A stretch of DNA of 64,000 bases from Trichoplax sp. H2. Its lineage: Eukaryota. Shown in pieces: positions 23,952 to 39,117 of the stretch; position 1 is the first letter of the stretch, and the number at the start of each line of letters is the position of its first letter. Location: assembly GCA_003344405.1 (NCBI GenBank), contig NOWV01000001.1:434001-498000 (forward strand), read 5' to 3'. A program made the translations under genes and the position numbers. The notes under the pieces are model-generated. The model ran no database searches. It saw only the letters and a list, made by a program, of their open reading frames with translations, and was not told where the DNA came from.

Positions 23952-26900
23952 ATGGATGATATTCACAAATGGCGATTTAATAGCGAGAGGACCGGGATAA
24001 CATGGCTAATACTAGATTTGCTCGCTTGGACTTTATCTTTCTACACGTGTTTTCATTTAATATTGTTGACTTTTTATGCGCACAGAAGTTTTGTCATCTT
24101 TGGTAGGTACAATTATGTGCTCGTAGTGCAATGGTTCATAAGCAATCGCTTTTTAATGTTCTAGCGAATCTTATGCGCTGTTATTCATCAATAAGAAAAT
24201 ACGTTATATTAGCATTCAATTTTAATGATTGTTTAGTAGATTTTACTACATTTATAGGTGTATTTCTATATTATTATGCTAACGTTAAAAATGACGATAA
24301 CAATATAAACTTGGATATTTATATGGATCGCTAGTGTAGGCTAGCGGTATTGCTAGATTGTTATAAGTTGTATCGTTACATCTACCTAATGCCTATCATG
24401 TACAATCTTTTACGACCTGGGTTAATTTGATCGATTCAATTTGTAATTCTTCAATATCTTCCTAAGTAGAATATGAGCTACAGTAGATTACATTATTACT
24501 ATCATTATTCCTTCAACATTTTGTCACATTGACCCCATTGTCCGACTAGTGTGCTAATTTTTCTACGTATTGCGCTTCAAAAATGACATTATGTAAATAG
24601 TTATATACGTATTATTTTATCTACGATCCATTACAGTTTGCATGCTTTGTACTGTGTGCATGACAGCTTTCAGACATACAGGTATAAACTTCTAAGTATA
24701 CATCTGATTCAATTGCACGACTGTTGATGTATACGACATTCGTTAGCTGCATCTATCACTTTTATAAGATAATGCTACATTACTTATAGAACGTCTAGTA
24801 GTGATGTTGGTAAGTATAGACTTATTGTACTAATTGTTACTCTCCTGTTTATACTCCGGTCTGTAGGATATGCCTTAGTTATGCTTTTATTGTTATTATC
24901 GTTGATACATGTCTCACTGTCGGATCCGGGCTGTCTACCACCGCCAACTACTGATGAAATTGCGGCTGACCCAAGTAAGCTAATATACCAGTAATACATT
25001 GATATCGCAGCATAGTAACAAATAGTGTTTATGTCCTGTATTCCCAATAATATCATTTCATTGTAATTCTGGTGTTGTACAGTATGTGGATAAGGGCTTT
25101 ATCATCATAGTATAAAAACCGTTACCAAGCGCCAAGTGTATACTGACCAATCAAACGTATTTACAACACAATACAGCCTATTAGATATCATTTCCTCAAT
25201 AATTAACTTTCGTTAGTAAGAATATTTCTCGAGCATGAAGGGACTATAACAGGCTAATTATATGTATACTGTTATAACTGTTAAGCTGTTAAAATTACTC
25301 TTACGAGCTACACTTTTATCTACCTGCGCCCAGAGACGTTAGCATTCGATTACTGCCAGTTGTGCAAGGTGAGAAAACCGCTAAGGAGTCATCACTGCAG
25401 GGCGTGTAAGCGTTGCTTTCGTAAGCTGGATCATCATTGCAAATTGTAAGTCAGCATGCTAATGAACGTCAAACTTAAGACATTTAGTGCTATGTTAAAA
25501 TCTATTGTTATTATTGGATTGTAAAAATTCTTTCTTACTTGTATCTATGTATGCAATTCTAAACATGACCATTTTATACATTATAATAAATATTCCATTC
25601 AAAGTATCAATAACTGCATTGGAGAAGACAATCAGGGCTTTTTTATAACTTTCTTGGTTTATTGTATTGTCGCTTCTGCTATAAGCGGTGCAATATGCGT
25701 ATGCAGGTTATATTATATAGATCCGAATCAATGCACCAATTGTGGCTATATGGTAAGTAAATCAAATATCACTTATGATTCATAGTAACTTGGAATAGTG
25801 TACGTTAAATATATACATACTAAGAACGAAAGGATTCTATCCGTGATATAACATGCATAAATTATTCCGTTTAACTCGTTACGGAATAATTCTCATTTTT
25901 CTTGTCGATAGTCGAAGAATAACTGGATTGTTTATCTCGTTACCGCCCTATCGGGAGCAGTTTGGCTATTTACCAGCATGTTATTACTCAATCAAACATT
26001 TAATCTGATGTTGGTAGGTTTTTACGTAGTAGTTTTATCATCACTTCAGCTGTTAAGATATATAAAAGTAGGTAAGATAATGAAATTAATGTTAGTTATT
26101 AGTCAGTAAAAATTTGAATTTCAGTTTGCTTCGATACTATACATGATGTATGAACACCATCTGTAATGATGACAAGATCTATTCTTTATTTATTACCTTA
26201 TTAGATGATTTAAATGTATTACAGTACCACTTTAATCTTAGTCGACGTGTATGCGTATAACGAACTTTTTTACATATTTATAACACTTTATTATATTTGT
26301 TCTCGCTATTTGTTAAATTCCATTGTTAAATCTGTAGTTTGCTAATTTATTATGACACATCTTAACGTTCGATTTAGTCTGCCGTTAAACATCCTGATTT
26401 AATAGTAATTATATAATTGTTGATTATTACTTGAAAATTTTTATATCTAATAATGAGTTTGTCATATAAATATAAAATGATATAAAACGGATTATTATTG
26501 CAATATTCCACATACGATACATTGTATTTACAGTATATATCGTACGCATCTTTTATTAGTAGTAAATTGTACTGGATACTTTGTATTCATCTTGTAGCCT
26601 TCAATTTCATTTCTTGTGTCCAATTTTTTCCATTTCTTGACGCCTCTTACTGTACTTGTTATATTATGAGATATTTTTCTAGACATACTTTATTCTAGAA
26701 ATAGTTCGGCATTTAAAAATTTCAATTTTCGTTCAACTACTATTGTTTATTAAACATCTGTCACCTCTTCATGACTTTTTCCTAATTGTTTATTTAATCT
26801 ATATATAAGAACAAGACTACAGCAGAAAGGATTAAAGCTCGCCGAGCGGGCAAAGGAGGCCACAACAATTATTATTCCTCCAGGTACTCTTATTAATAAT

Positions 26901-27104
26901 GACAGTATTGTCGCATCTATTTATGGTATCAGTTTATTGATTTTTAATATTGTGTGCTGTGCATTTCCTATATGGAATAACTGTGGTATCAAACTCTGTA
27001 TCTCATTACGATACTAGAACGAGGGTATAATTGAAAGAAATTGCAATTTTATGATTTGTTATCCATTTCCCAGACTGACAAATTATATAATGTTTTTTTG
27101 TTGA
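23952..27104 (+). CDS. DHHC-type palmitoyltransferase (ZDHHC family), ~241 aa
   Basis: Exons 23952-24102, 24867-24974, 25334-25445, 25605-25752, 25912-26013, 26810-26883, 27074-27104. Motifs [54 protein letters not shown] (TTxE) and four hydrophobic segments. The last exon ([10 protein letters not shown]) is less certain; read-through would stop at 26896. Confidence 0.92.
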
Positions 27105-30100
27105 TTTTACTGATGATGGTATCAAATATTATGAAAACTTTGGACGAGTAACTTTAACAGCAGCTATGAGCCGATAATTGCAGACCTTACAGATATTTCT
27201 ATCACAATTGATGGCAATTCTGATATAGCTACATTTTGATTATCTTACATAAGGAGAAATGTAGCAGCATTTAATCAACAATATCATTGTTCATGGCTAG
27301 ATAATCTTAGCAAAAAGTAGCGAATATGGTACATCTTACAGATTGTAAAACTCTCGATAAGATGAAGTATATTCATCTCTAATTAGGTCTAATAATCAGA
27401 TTTTGGTATCGAGACAGACTATAACTAGACTATGGAGATCGCAAGTCGTCTGACTTTTGACTTGACCTAATATCGTATATCTTAGCAAATTGGTTTATTA
27501 ATAACGTGGCTTATTGACATTAATTGAGGGATTAATATGTAGCGGTTGACAAAGTTGAGACGTGTGCCGTCAATGTGAAAAAACAAGGAAGCTGTTATTA
27601 ATTATTTGCACTGCAGTATAATGATATCATGATGATGTTGATTATGAGACATTAGTAGTACCTGGGATCCTGAAAAGACGTATTATTGGAGGCTTTCACG
27701 TCTTTTCGAGTAAAAATTAAAAAATTATCGTGAATGGGAAGTGATGAACCAATACTCTTATATAAGCTTATACAGTATTATATACTGGTATTTGATATAC
27801 ATGTTGACAGATAGTTACACAGTGAATGAAGTATTACTAGTTTCTTTAATAAGTGATCTGTAAATTAATGATCAAGATTGACTAGATCTATAAAAATCTA
27901 TTGTTATGATCGTTATAGTACAATACGTAGCTTTTACAAAGTAATCATTTAAATGACGATTTTATACGGTATATTTTTTTTATTTTTACCGACTAAATAT
28001 CATTATCTTAGGTTCTCTCGAATCACGAAGACTACATTATTAACAGTGTTATTACTTACGGTTGCGTAATGAAATAAAAGAAAAATTATGACAAAACTTT
28101 TGAAGTAAACAGTCTGATTCACAGTAGACTATACTATCTTTGATATCAGTTTAATAAACAATAAGAAATAATGCAAGTATCAGTCAATATATACCACATA
28201 TGCACTCGTATGAAAACATTACCGGTATCGCCTGACCATGCTTATATAACAATCATAATTACATACGACAGAATTAATCATTCCGTTGTTACCGTGCGTT
28301 TTAATGAACATTTTAACGGTAGGTGATATTGGTGTGCATTAGCAGGAGTATGATATGCAATAATTGCGGGTTATGATAAGCAATGTCTTGCTATGGTATT
28401 CTTTCTGTTCTTTTTCAATTACTAATACGTCTACTTATGAAACTTTTGGAGGTATTAGCAAGGAGGCGCTAGGTGTATTAATACGGTATATGATACGATA
28501 TCGTAATGATAGAAGATTGTAGTAGGCAATATCAGACTAGAGATACAGTTAAATGGGAGTTTATTTATTATATTTAGTATATGAGCGTTTGCCATCCTGT
28601 ATATTATTCATACCAAAGTTATATTAATGAATTAGCAAGATAATACCAACAGTTGGGATAGCGGCTATATCCAAGCAAACATGCTGTATGCGTATAAGGA
28701 CAAATTATATCCGAGTAGTCTGCAGCTTGCCCTGTTAGGTAAACATTTAAATCCAATTTTTAATTCGATGTACAAATATTATGCCAGCTACAGACTATAC
28801 GGATTTATTTATTTCTTATTTGCTCTTGCGATATATTAGAATATAATCATTTTACGTATTTGGCAAATGTCAAGGTTGGATGTCGAGAATGTTTAGTCTT
28901 TGTTTATTTAAATGATCAGAAATATCCCCAAATTGGGATATATTTGCTTAGTGGAAACAATAACCTCAGAATTAATATTTCTATCTCATGAAATAATTAT
29001 ATATAGTTCTAACGTAACCCACATCAGCTGTCATCAATGTGATAACGTAATGTCTAGAAATCTCTTCTTATTTACTTTTCTGATATTCTCATGTCAACAT
29101 AACATGAAATTAATAAAATGTTGTCGTTATTTCGTGTATAGTACATAGTACGTGGAAATAGTAATGTATATGTATTTGTTCTGTAATATGCTGTATATTA
29201 TGTAATAGCTTGAAGAAAAAAATCGACAATAATAACTGTGAATTTCCATGATCGCGAGAAAACAAACAAATATACATGATGAAAGATAAATAGTATATCG
29301 TATTATGGAGCCAGTAGTCTCTATTTATACCTGATAAGTATTTATTCATCATCCAGATTCTTTATTTAGTTATAATAATTGATGGATATTACCTACTATG
29401 CAGTGAGGTATAATTCCTAAGGGTAAATGTTATAGTTTATGTTTATTCGACTTGGTATTGGCTATTTTTTAATTCAACGAATTCATGGTATTTTTCAACA
29501 TGATATGATGATAGCTTACTATTCGTGAATAACATCTTGAATATTTAGTCTTTATACTTATTAATTTGCTGAATTTCCTTCTTCCACTTCGTTGAATCTT
29601 TTCTTGGAAATAGACCGGTTTAGATTACTGTTGCTAGTCTAGCCACGTATCTATGTGTGATTACAATTATAGGATGGCATAACTGAATATGACATATAGT
29701 GCGAGTATGATGTATTATACAGTTGCACATCAGATATAATTTTAGTTGAATGGGATAAAATTAATTATTTAGACGGCTATGTACTCATAAATTATTACCT
29801 AGTGAAGTTGGACAGGAGCTGTATAATTATAAGCATTTAACGTTAAAGGGTTAATAAATAAAACTGCTCGATATAACCGCTAAATATTATTTGGATTTAA
29901 GATAACATTGTTGATCAACAACATAATCTACCAGATCTAATTTCGTCAAGTATATGCTATGGGGTATTCTGCAAGCTGGCAATTATAAATCTGGTACAAC
30001 AGCATTAAGTGATTAAGCTGAGATCTTTTAAAGTATGACTATTTTCATAATACAGATACTATAACTTAACGCGTGGTTAGGAGATCACGACTTACAGAAT

Positions 30101-33100
30101 AGAGTATAACACTGTATTATGACTTGATTATATATTATCGCATTCTGGATATTCTGCAGAAGCAATTTTGATGTCTCTTCATCTTAAAGGGCAATTGTTG
30201 TTGGATTTAAGGCAACATCGTTGATAAATAACTTTATCTGCGCATATATTATTATCAGGTGTATCCCATCTACTTTTTATGGGCTTGTAATTATCTTCAT
30301 CCATCTCATAGCTGCATAAATTAAGATAATTAAACTGACATAAATTAAGAGTAAGAATGGAAGTCTTATAGAATTAACGTTATTGCGCTCTGCACATTTC
30401 TGTTGAAATAGCTTTGATGTCTCCTCGTATTGAAGGCAATTGAATCCCAATAGGCCGTAGACAATGTTTGTGTACGTTGTATACGGTGTTTGTTGACTTA
30501 TTTTTTTTACAACAATCCATCTTGTTTATTGTAGTACCGTTCACTAAGGCTGACAGCTAGATTAAACAGGATCACAGCGTAATCACTCGTCAGTCTCTTA
30601 ATTATAATTTATATTAATTATCAATATTAATATGAATGTTGACGTTCACACTTGATAGTCTAGCTAGCGTCTAGAATGCACTTGCCTTTATAAGGCGCTA
30701 CATCGGATTGTAGCAACTTACGGCTTTTCCTTGGGCAATTCTGCAAATATTTAAAGAAATTGGCATCCTTTTTGTTTTATAATTTTACCACTGCCCTATT
30801 CAAATGCTATTGGTGACTGTAATCATGGCATTATAAAAAAAGGAAAGAGCAGATCCCATGGGGTATATTATTGCGCTAATATTTTATTCCTTTGTGATTT
30901 AATTGCTATCGCTATTTCCGACAGATATCCTACCCATACAAAGATAATATATTACATTGTAAAGATTTTTGCACAAAGACATAGCACTTCCTCTTTACAT
31001 TGATAGAAACTAGAAATCTAATAATATAGACGTAAAACTCATGAATTATTTTCAAGCAATAAAATGTCAAGCAGGATTGTCCTATTCAATATGTGCACTG
31101 CGTCTTATTATTTTTACTTTTATAATTCCCTTGGATATGATTTTGACTCTCAGTACCTCAAATTGACAATTATTCCATCATGCAATACTGCACAGAAGCA
31201 ATATCCTCTTAATGTCTAGAAATACAATATGGAACATCAGAAATTCTGTAGTACATTTACATAAGCTTCAAATCATTCTAAAGGATTACTTATCAATGGC
31301 ACAAACGTTAAAATCATGATACCGGGCGATGTGTTATGAACAACACTTACTTGTATACTTATGTATATATCACTTTTATTTGAAGCGTGATAATTTAATC
31401 TACATACAGTGTTTTCATCATTATATGCCTTGGTGCTTTGCTAGTGTACAAGAATAGTTACTAAAATTTATACGGTACTATTTTTATTTAATTATTTATA
31501 GCTGTTAGGGTTATTACGTATTGGAGGTTACCAGGTCATTAGGTTTGTGAAAGCATAACAATAATATGACCGTTATAGGGGTGTGATAGCTAGCAGATGC
31601 AACCTTTCTGACATTCTACCTTCTCTGCATGGAGTAGCTATAATATAATTACCAATTATTTAAAAATTAATTGTATTAATTATCATTATGTGTTATTAAG
31701 CTCTTCGTATAGTACCATTAATCTAGTCTAAACAGTGTCCAGTACTGATGCAGACGTAAATATGGCTCTCTATTTTTCGCACTAATTTCATAATAGTTAC
31801 CATTTTACGTAAGATGGCTAAAATTTAATAGTCAGTCACAGACTTATTGATTTTCACTGTTAATATTGAAATTGAAATTAATTGCAATCACACCTACATT
31901 GAATTAATACCGAAAAATGTAGGATACTGTAATGTCTACACCCTAATAGTATTCCAGACAGCACCGTATTGTAAAACGCCGACAATTTGCAATGTGTAAA
32001 ATAGATTTTAATTTTTTTAATTTCTTCAACAAACACAATCTTAATTAACGATTAGATTACCCTATAGGGAAAATTAAAGCTATTGTTAATGAAAAACTTT
32101 CGATATATTTTTAGCATTGTTTGTAAAATTTCAATTTTTTTTGACAGCTTGTTTCAGTAACAAGAGAAAGTTTTTTTAACTTATTACAGTATTATCGTTA
32201 TCAAGTATATAGCCTCTCACTATATTTTTATAATAGCTAGAATCTCATAATATGAGATGAATAAGCCACCGAACAGTATTATTAAATAATATGATTTGCG
32301 CCTTTCATTATGCATTCGTATTTTGTATTAAAGAGCATTTCACTGGTGCAGACAAATTAAACAAACTACGAGAAAAATTTCAATCATGATTTTTGACCGA
32401 CAATGATAATTTTCCAACATCATTTTTATGTTATTGAAGTTCTAATTACGTGTTGTTATATGATTATGTTTTTCATTGAAAATTTGTAAAAAACTAGTAT
32501 AATCTAGTGTAAGAGATTTCAACGTGAGTTAAAATAGGTCTAGAGAATGGTATTTCTTGAGTATGGTATAAGAATAAACAGTGACTTGAAATATCTTTAA
32601 CGAATATCTCCTAAGATCTGTTGGTAAATAGGATAAGTTTTGGAATACTACGATGAGCGCCGCACTGTCTGTTTTACAGGGTCTTAAAACTATATTGTAA
32701 TCCGACATCAGGACACTATTGTAGTGCTAATATTTGCTATTATATCACGTAAGTCCGTTGGAATTTTTATAACTTATTTTCTAATGATAATACGAGGAAT
32801 AATACGTGGGATTCTATGAGAAGTAATAATTGCTTCTATCCGTCAATTTTTATTCTGCTTAAAGGCAATATAAGATCGTCATATTTTGTATCATTATATG
32901 CTGATTTTACGTTGAACTTTTAGCCGTGATATTTTCTCAGTGAGTGCGGGATCAGTAATACCAAATCACAATTATTCCTATCATGCAGTATGTAGTGATT
33001 GATATTGCTCACTGCACCACCTTTTCTTCTACAGTTTGCATAATAATTCAGTTTGTATGGTAAGAATTAAAATGGGCTTAGGTAGTATGTCATATTCTTA

Positions 33101-33879
33101 AGTCTTTTAGACATTGCAAATGATATATTAGAGCAGAAAAACAAATTTTAAATAAAGGATAAGCTGATGTACTCGACAGAAAATGCGGTTATCACGAACT
33201 CAAATCTTTCATTACTACCGTATGCGTACTAGAAAATGGACGATTAATCTGCAATTAATATTACTGTAATTATGCGCATAATTTACCTTCGATAATATCT
33301 TGTCTATTTATCATGGATATTATGTTGTGTTATGGGTATTTTCGTTTTTATTACAAAAATCTACAATTTTTTGGCTAGCCAACTTGATGACATTGGATAG
33401 ATGATGAAATCTTAACAGGAAAAAAAATTGGATACTGACTGCTTTGTATAGAGAAAGTTTAGTATAATATATCAATGTGTATCAACATATTGTATAATTA
33501 TGGAATTTATAATCTAATTTGCTTTTGGGCTAAATTCCGGTGGTTCTGATGAATTTGATAGCAGTAGTAATAAGTCTACACCCTTTTGTGCACCTGTAAT
33601 GGGCTAGATTTGAAATGGAAAGACCATAACATCGTTATGTATAATCAATTTTGGATATTGTAGCCTGAGAGTAATCATTTTTGTTTGTATATTGACCGGC
33701 ACTTAAAATGTTAGCCATCTGAACTCTCTGCAAGCTGCGGCGGGTAAACATGGAAGTTGGATGTGAAAACGTCTTTTGTTTTAATCATGTACACTAAGAA
33801 TTTGCTACGTCGTCGAGTGGGCAATGACCGTAATAATTATTATGATAATAATTACGGCATTGATCGGCGTACCCAGACA

Positions 33880-33896
33880 GATTGGCGCCGCCAATC
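33880..33896. promoter_or_regulatory. Palindromic double CCAAT element upstream of the Fox gene
   Basis: GATTGGCG-c-CGCCAATC, a perfect inverted repeat about 1.06 kb 5' of the Fox ATG. Confidence 0.35.
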
Positions 33897-34953
33897 CTAT
33901 CGTTTGTCCAATGATTAACTATTTTGCTAATAATTATACTGTACTAGCCGTTAAGCCGATAATACCCAAATTAATAATGAAATTAACAAACAACTGCCTG
34001 AATTCACTTATTTAAGTGTGTAGTCAGATGTCTTCAAGTTTAGTTGTTGCTACTTTAGCTGCAATACGCATAAATGATAGAATAATCGTAGTTTTGGTTA
34101 GGATTTCGCTAATCTTGGCACTGGTCATTTCTTGAGAATTATATATTTATTTCTCCTACATTCTACTCCAGCCAGAAGTGTGATAGTGGCATCAACATTC
34201 ATCGGGTAGGTGATGCTTTACATCGATTCAATTTGTCAGCTAAGAGGAGTTTGTTCGCAGCTAATCCATTTTATTCATTAATATTTACGGTAGAGTACTT
34301 AATAGCATATGACAGCAAAAAAATTGTACACAATAAAAAATTAATGCTAATACTTTAATACTCTCGAACTGCAGTTGTCATCAAATGTTGCATAATTACC
34401 TGCTGTGTATTAGTAGGGTAGCTTTACTTCGTCTTCAACACGATATTCATTCAATTTTATGATAGCTGTATCGAATTGATACATATGTTGCACACTGTAG
34501 GATACCTTTTGCTACGAAACATGTGCAAATGTAGCGCAATCAATATTCGATTGCATTACATAAAATATACAATCTACTGCATTCATACATGTCGGCATTA
34601 TATCGTAACATTTAAAGCACTAAGTGAACGCATGAACCGTTAATAATTTGTACTACTATTTTTAATGGTATTTGGAGAAGTAATACTGGCATATTTTAAT
34701 AGATGTACCTGTATAAATTTAAACATATACCAAAAAATATTTTTTTATTATTTTTTAGTGATCTGAAATTAAAAATTTGAATTACCAGAATCAAGATCCT
34801 AACTGGCTTGTTCATATCTAGATATTCTATATAACATACAAACATTCATATACGCTCACATAGACATCTCGTGTAAAATATCCCGACAGAGAATTGTTTG
34901 TAAAATCCAGTTAAAATAGATTTTATTCCTCCAATCTATTGGAATTTAAACGA

Positions 34954-35907
34954 ATGGTTAATAGTAGTAATTATCACAATTATTTAGCATCACGCTGCGA
35001 GTTAACTGACAATATGAAAGTTTCCTTCCCTTCGCCAGCTACAACAGAGAAAGCTAATGCGACAGTGATGACTAATATTGAGTCAAGGGATAATGATATC
35101 GCTGATAGCCATTGCAATAACATCCATCATGACGACGTTGATAATATTACTCGTCCAAATCATCCATACAAAGTATTGATCGCGAAAGCTATCTTAAGTA
35201 ATTGCGATAGGAAATTAGTTTTAGCTGATATTATAGACTACATCGCTAAAAATTATCCTTATTATAAAGTAGAAGATAGCAGTTGGAAAAATAGCATTCG
35301 CCATAGTTTATCACTCAACGATTGCTTTATTAAAGTTGGTCGCAGTAATCGAGGCAAAAGCAATTACTGGTCTATTCACCCATTGGTCTTTAAAGATTTT
35401 GAGGAAGGCAATTTCCATAAACGACATCCGAAACAGAGACTATCACAAAAATCGAGAAATTTTTTAGAAGCTCACTATAAGACTGGTGATAGAATGATAA
35501 ATGTTTCTCCTCGGCGTATGCACAATAACCCTCTCTGCTCAACACCGCCATTTGTTACCGCTAATCCAATTCCACCTAATCGTACCGGCATAAATGCTTC
35601 TTCGACGGGCTATCAATTCTTACCTAACATGGAAAACATTTGCAATAATTATCCAGCCTATCAGTTACCTACACCTTTAAACCATTTCGCTGTTAATAAC
35701 TTTGTCCACGGTGAACGAGATAACTTATACGTTACCAATTCCAATTACCGTCATCATCACAACCAACCTTTATTAAAGGTTGGCAATGAAGGGTTTCTAC
35801 GGGATTGCCAGATGCCCACAGCCAATATGATGACTTCGTCGGTTACGCCATCTTGTTATAACTACTGCTACTCCAATAGTGCTTATCCTCAGTACCATGT
35901 TGCTTAA
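34954..35907 (+). CDS. FoxQ2: Forkhead transcription factor, FoxQ2-like, single coding exon
   Basis: RPNHPYKVLIAKAILS..KLVLADIIDYIAKNYPYY..WKNSIRHSLSLNDCFIKVGRSNRGKSNYWSIHP..DFEEGNF. The KLVL.DI, LNDCFIK.GRS..GK..YW.IHP and DF..G.F segments fit the FoxQ2 class. First ATG is at 34954 (the ORF track starts at a TTG). Confidence 0.85.
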   Translation: MVNSSNYHNYLASRCELTDNMKVSFPSPATTEKANATVMTNIESRDNDIADSHCNNIHHDDVDNITRPNHPYKVLIAKAILSNCDRKLVLADIIDYIAKNYPYYKVEDSSWKNSIRHSLSLNDCFIKVGRSNRGKSNYWSIHPLVFKDFEEGNFHKRHPKQRLSQKSRNFLEAHYKTGDRMINVSPRRMHNNPLCSTPPFVTANPIPPNRTGINASSTGYQFLPNMENICNNYPAYQLPTPLNHFAVNNFVHGERDNLYVTNSNYRHHHNQPLLKVGNEGFLRDCQMPTANMMTSSVTPSCYNYCYSNSAYPQYHVA

Positions 35908-38900
35908 TTTACGACAATACTTGATCTCTATTTTGCCATACATATTATCAACTTAAAGTGACTTGATTATAAATTGATTCGATATATGTACTCAGAACTT
36001 TATTTCTAACAGCAACCTCTATAATTTTATCACCAGTATGATGTAATATCTCAAGAAATATGTATTTTTAGATTGCGTGTATGATAATTACAAAAAAAAA
36101 TAGATTTATTTATGGTTGTCAATTTGGATGAAGTTGTCAATTAAAGGATTATTGCCTATTTTAATGTTGCGTGAGATTGATTGATTTCTTTTCAATGGTT
36201 TTTTCTCTCTACTTTCCTTGCTCATTTATTTTTAGATATTGTAATGGTGTTAACCTATATTGATTTAATACTACGATATGCGTATTGCGTTTAATATCTA
36301 TTTCTGTTTTATCATTACGATACACTCTTTATAGTTTAACAAAATCCATGTCAGAGTTCATCAGTATATTGCTATAAATTTGATCTTATATTCCTTTATT
36401 CTTTCAGAGTAGCTCGTCCTATTTGTGATATCCTTCACGATACTTTCGGAGACGGATATTTTATCTGGTGGCTTGTGCCATTGCGACGTCGAATTGCTAA
36501 AGTAGAGCTATATTATAGCGATGATTTGTATCAACAAGAAAATGATAGTACTAGTGATTTAAATGAGAAAGATAAAAATGTTCATTAATGTACAATGCGG
36601 CGATTTTTGCAAAAGGTCATTGGGAAGTTGAAAGTATCATAGATATTAATAATTCTAATGTAATAATTATAATAAACTCTTTCCAAACGTAAACTTCTCA
36701 TTTCTTCGTGTCCCAGAAAGTGTGTCAATCTACGCTGGTATAATATTGGATATGATAAGGAAGGTTATCGATTATAAAGCTACGGTAAACAATAATATTA
36801 ATCTGAGATGAGATTACAATATATATAATCTCTAGATTTGCTTCGTATAGTCATTAGACTACTTTATCGCTATATTTACACGTCAATGTCACTTTCGAGT
36901 AATGACTATGAAATAAAATACGCATTTTGTTCGAAAATTTTGACTTAGCTTGCAAGTCTCAAATATCGCTGGCTTTTTAGTAGTGCGATAAGTGGACAAG
37001 CATTCGTTAGTTTATTAATGTTATGCTTATGTGCTATGACTTGAGTCTTGAATTTAGAACGTAATTCAGCGCTCATATTATGGGTTTATACTCGTATGAT
37101 AACTTTACATGGATTTGGAGTTGTCTGAAAGCTGTGTAAAATCGCTAGACAAGTAGTAGCCACTGATTAGAATACGTTAGCTATCCTTATGCGTTGTAGA
37201 TAAAATTTTGAATATAGAATACAATTCTGTGTAAAGTGTATGAGTTAATATGAGTATTATAGCTGTACTGTACATACGAGATATTTAAAGTTATATGGAC
37301 GGCTGTATGAGTTGCTAATGGTAGCATGACATGATGAGTAGGGATTGCATGCTTAAAAATTTTTACCCCAGGTACCTGCTTACTGATAAGTTTCCTTTAG
37401 GATTGTATACTTTCGGTATACTCTGGAACGAACTAATTACTGCCTGTTTGTATTTGCCATTCAGTCATGTATGAGTTAGTGTGTGTTATGTTAATTATTA
37501 GGGTAGCTAGGGCATTAAAATTTAAAGTAGAATTTTCGACTAAAAACATTTTACTTCAAGCATGATATGGAAAATCGTCAATATGAGGCCAACAGGGACA
37601 GTACTCAGCTTAGAGCACAATCTTATTCGCGTACACCTCTATCATAGATAGTAGGATTTAGATCTACTTGCTACGCATTTTTGCGTATCGATATTGGAAT
37701 ATAGCAGCATGGACATTGATTTCAATGTCGTGTAACAGATACATCAAATGACTCATGATTGCGAATTCTTATTAACCTAGTGCCATACTCATCTTCTCTT
37801 ATATTTAATAAGCCGAAAGTTTGTAATTGTGAATACTGACAAATAAGACCTTGAAATTAGCGCAATTAAAAATTATCTATGCCGATTAAAACGTGAAACT
37901 TAAGCACTGTAATTGTGAATACAGCAGTGTTGTTAAAACTCCTCCAAATGTGTCGTATACTTGCTTGCCTGAGTTTATAGATATGGTGGAAACAGTACCA
38001 TAGTCGTCATACATGTAAGTACCTGTAATAAATGACATTTTGGCTGCCTATACCGTAATTAGATACCTGTGCAGAGTAAACTAAAGCATGCCGTCACAAT
38101 TGTAACAATCTAATAGGGAAATTCGTTTAATTTTGAAATATTTAAGAGTGGAGATCTTAGTCCACCGTTAGATAAAGTTTCGCTGATATTTTAAAATAGG
38201 TATTAGCTGACATTATATTTTTGTAATAACTACAAAAATGAATATGAAAGGACTGCTATTCTTTCATATATTATAAGTGAAAAATCAATAGCGAATCGGA
38301 GATGCAGCGCAATATTGTTTTATTTTATTATCCATGGAAATTTAGCGTACACTATTGCTCAAATATGATCAGCATTTACAGGAAAGTGATACTATTTAAA
38401 ACAAGTGAGATTATTACAGCATACCACTTGATAAGAAAATATTACATAATATTAGACCAGTGTTACAATATGCTGTCATACACTGTATTATTAAATATAG
38501 CCGTATTAACAAGGTTAATGCTACCCAAGCGCATCCGTGCAATATAATTATTTATTTGTTGAATCGGATAAAATTTACAATAATTATAACCATTCGTACG
38601 TACACTGTGTCTGGTGTATTAATCGGCTACTCTACAGAAGTGCAAAAAAGTAATATTTAGGCTAGTTTTTGCTAGTACACATACACTTATTCATCAGCAT
38701 GACCTGAAAAACTACTTATATATATACATGGCTTAACGACAGTAATTGCTAAGTATAATCTATTAGATTTGATATCGAATATCAAAATTAAAAAATTTTA
38801 AAGAATCTAAACTATTTTGAGTCGGCTTCGTTTATGATGACTGTAAACTGGTGAAAACTCTCATAATATTAGCTTGGTTGAAGGCTTATTGAGTCTTCTC

Positions 38901-39117
38901 TAATATTAAAATATGTTATATGATGGGCAATTAATTACAATGTTTAGTTTTACTGTCGTAATTACTATATATCTTAGCTATACAATGCATGCGTTAGGGC
39001 AAATATAAATCTCCGGTAGAAAATTTGAGAATTTTGAATTAGTAATCTAATTCCATTCCTTAACATAGTGTCATAATGATTACAGTTGTACAATATACAT
39101 GAGTAGTTTTCGTTACA

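Noticed and set aside
24790..24809. 20-nt micro-exon (tag|...|gtaagt) in the DHHC gene
   Set aside because: Inclusion breaks frame and leaves a 57-nt intron; exon 1 splices directly in frame to 24867.
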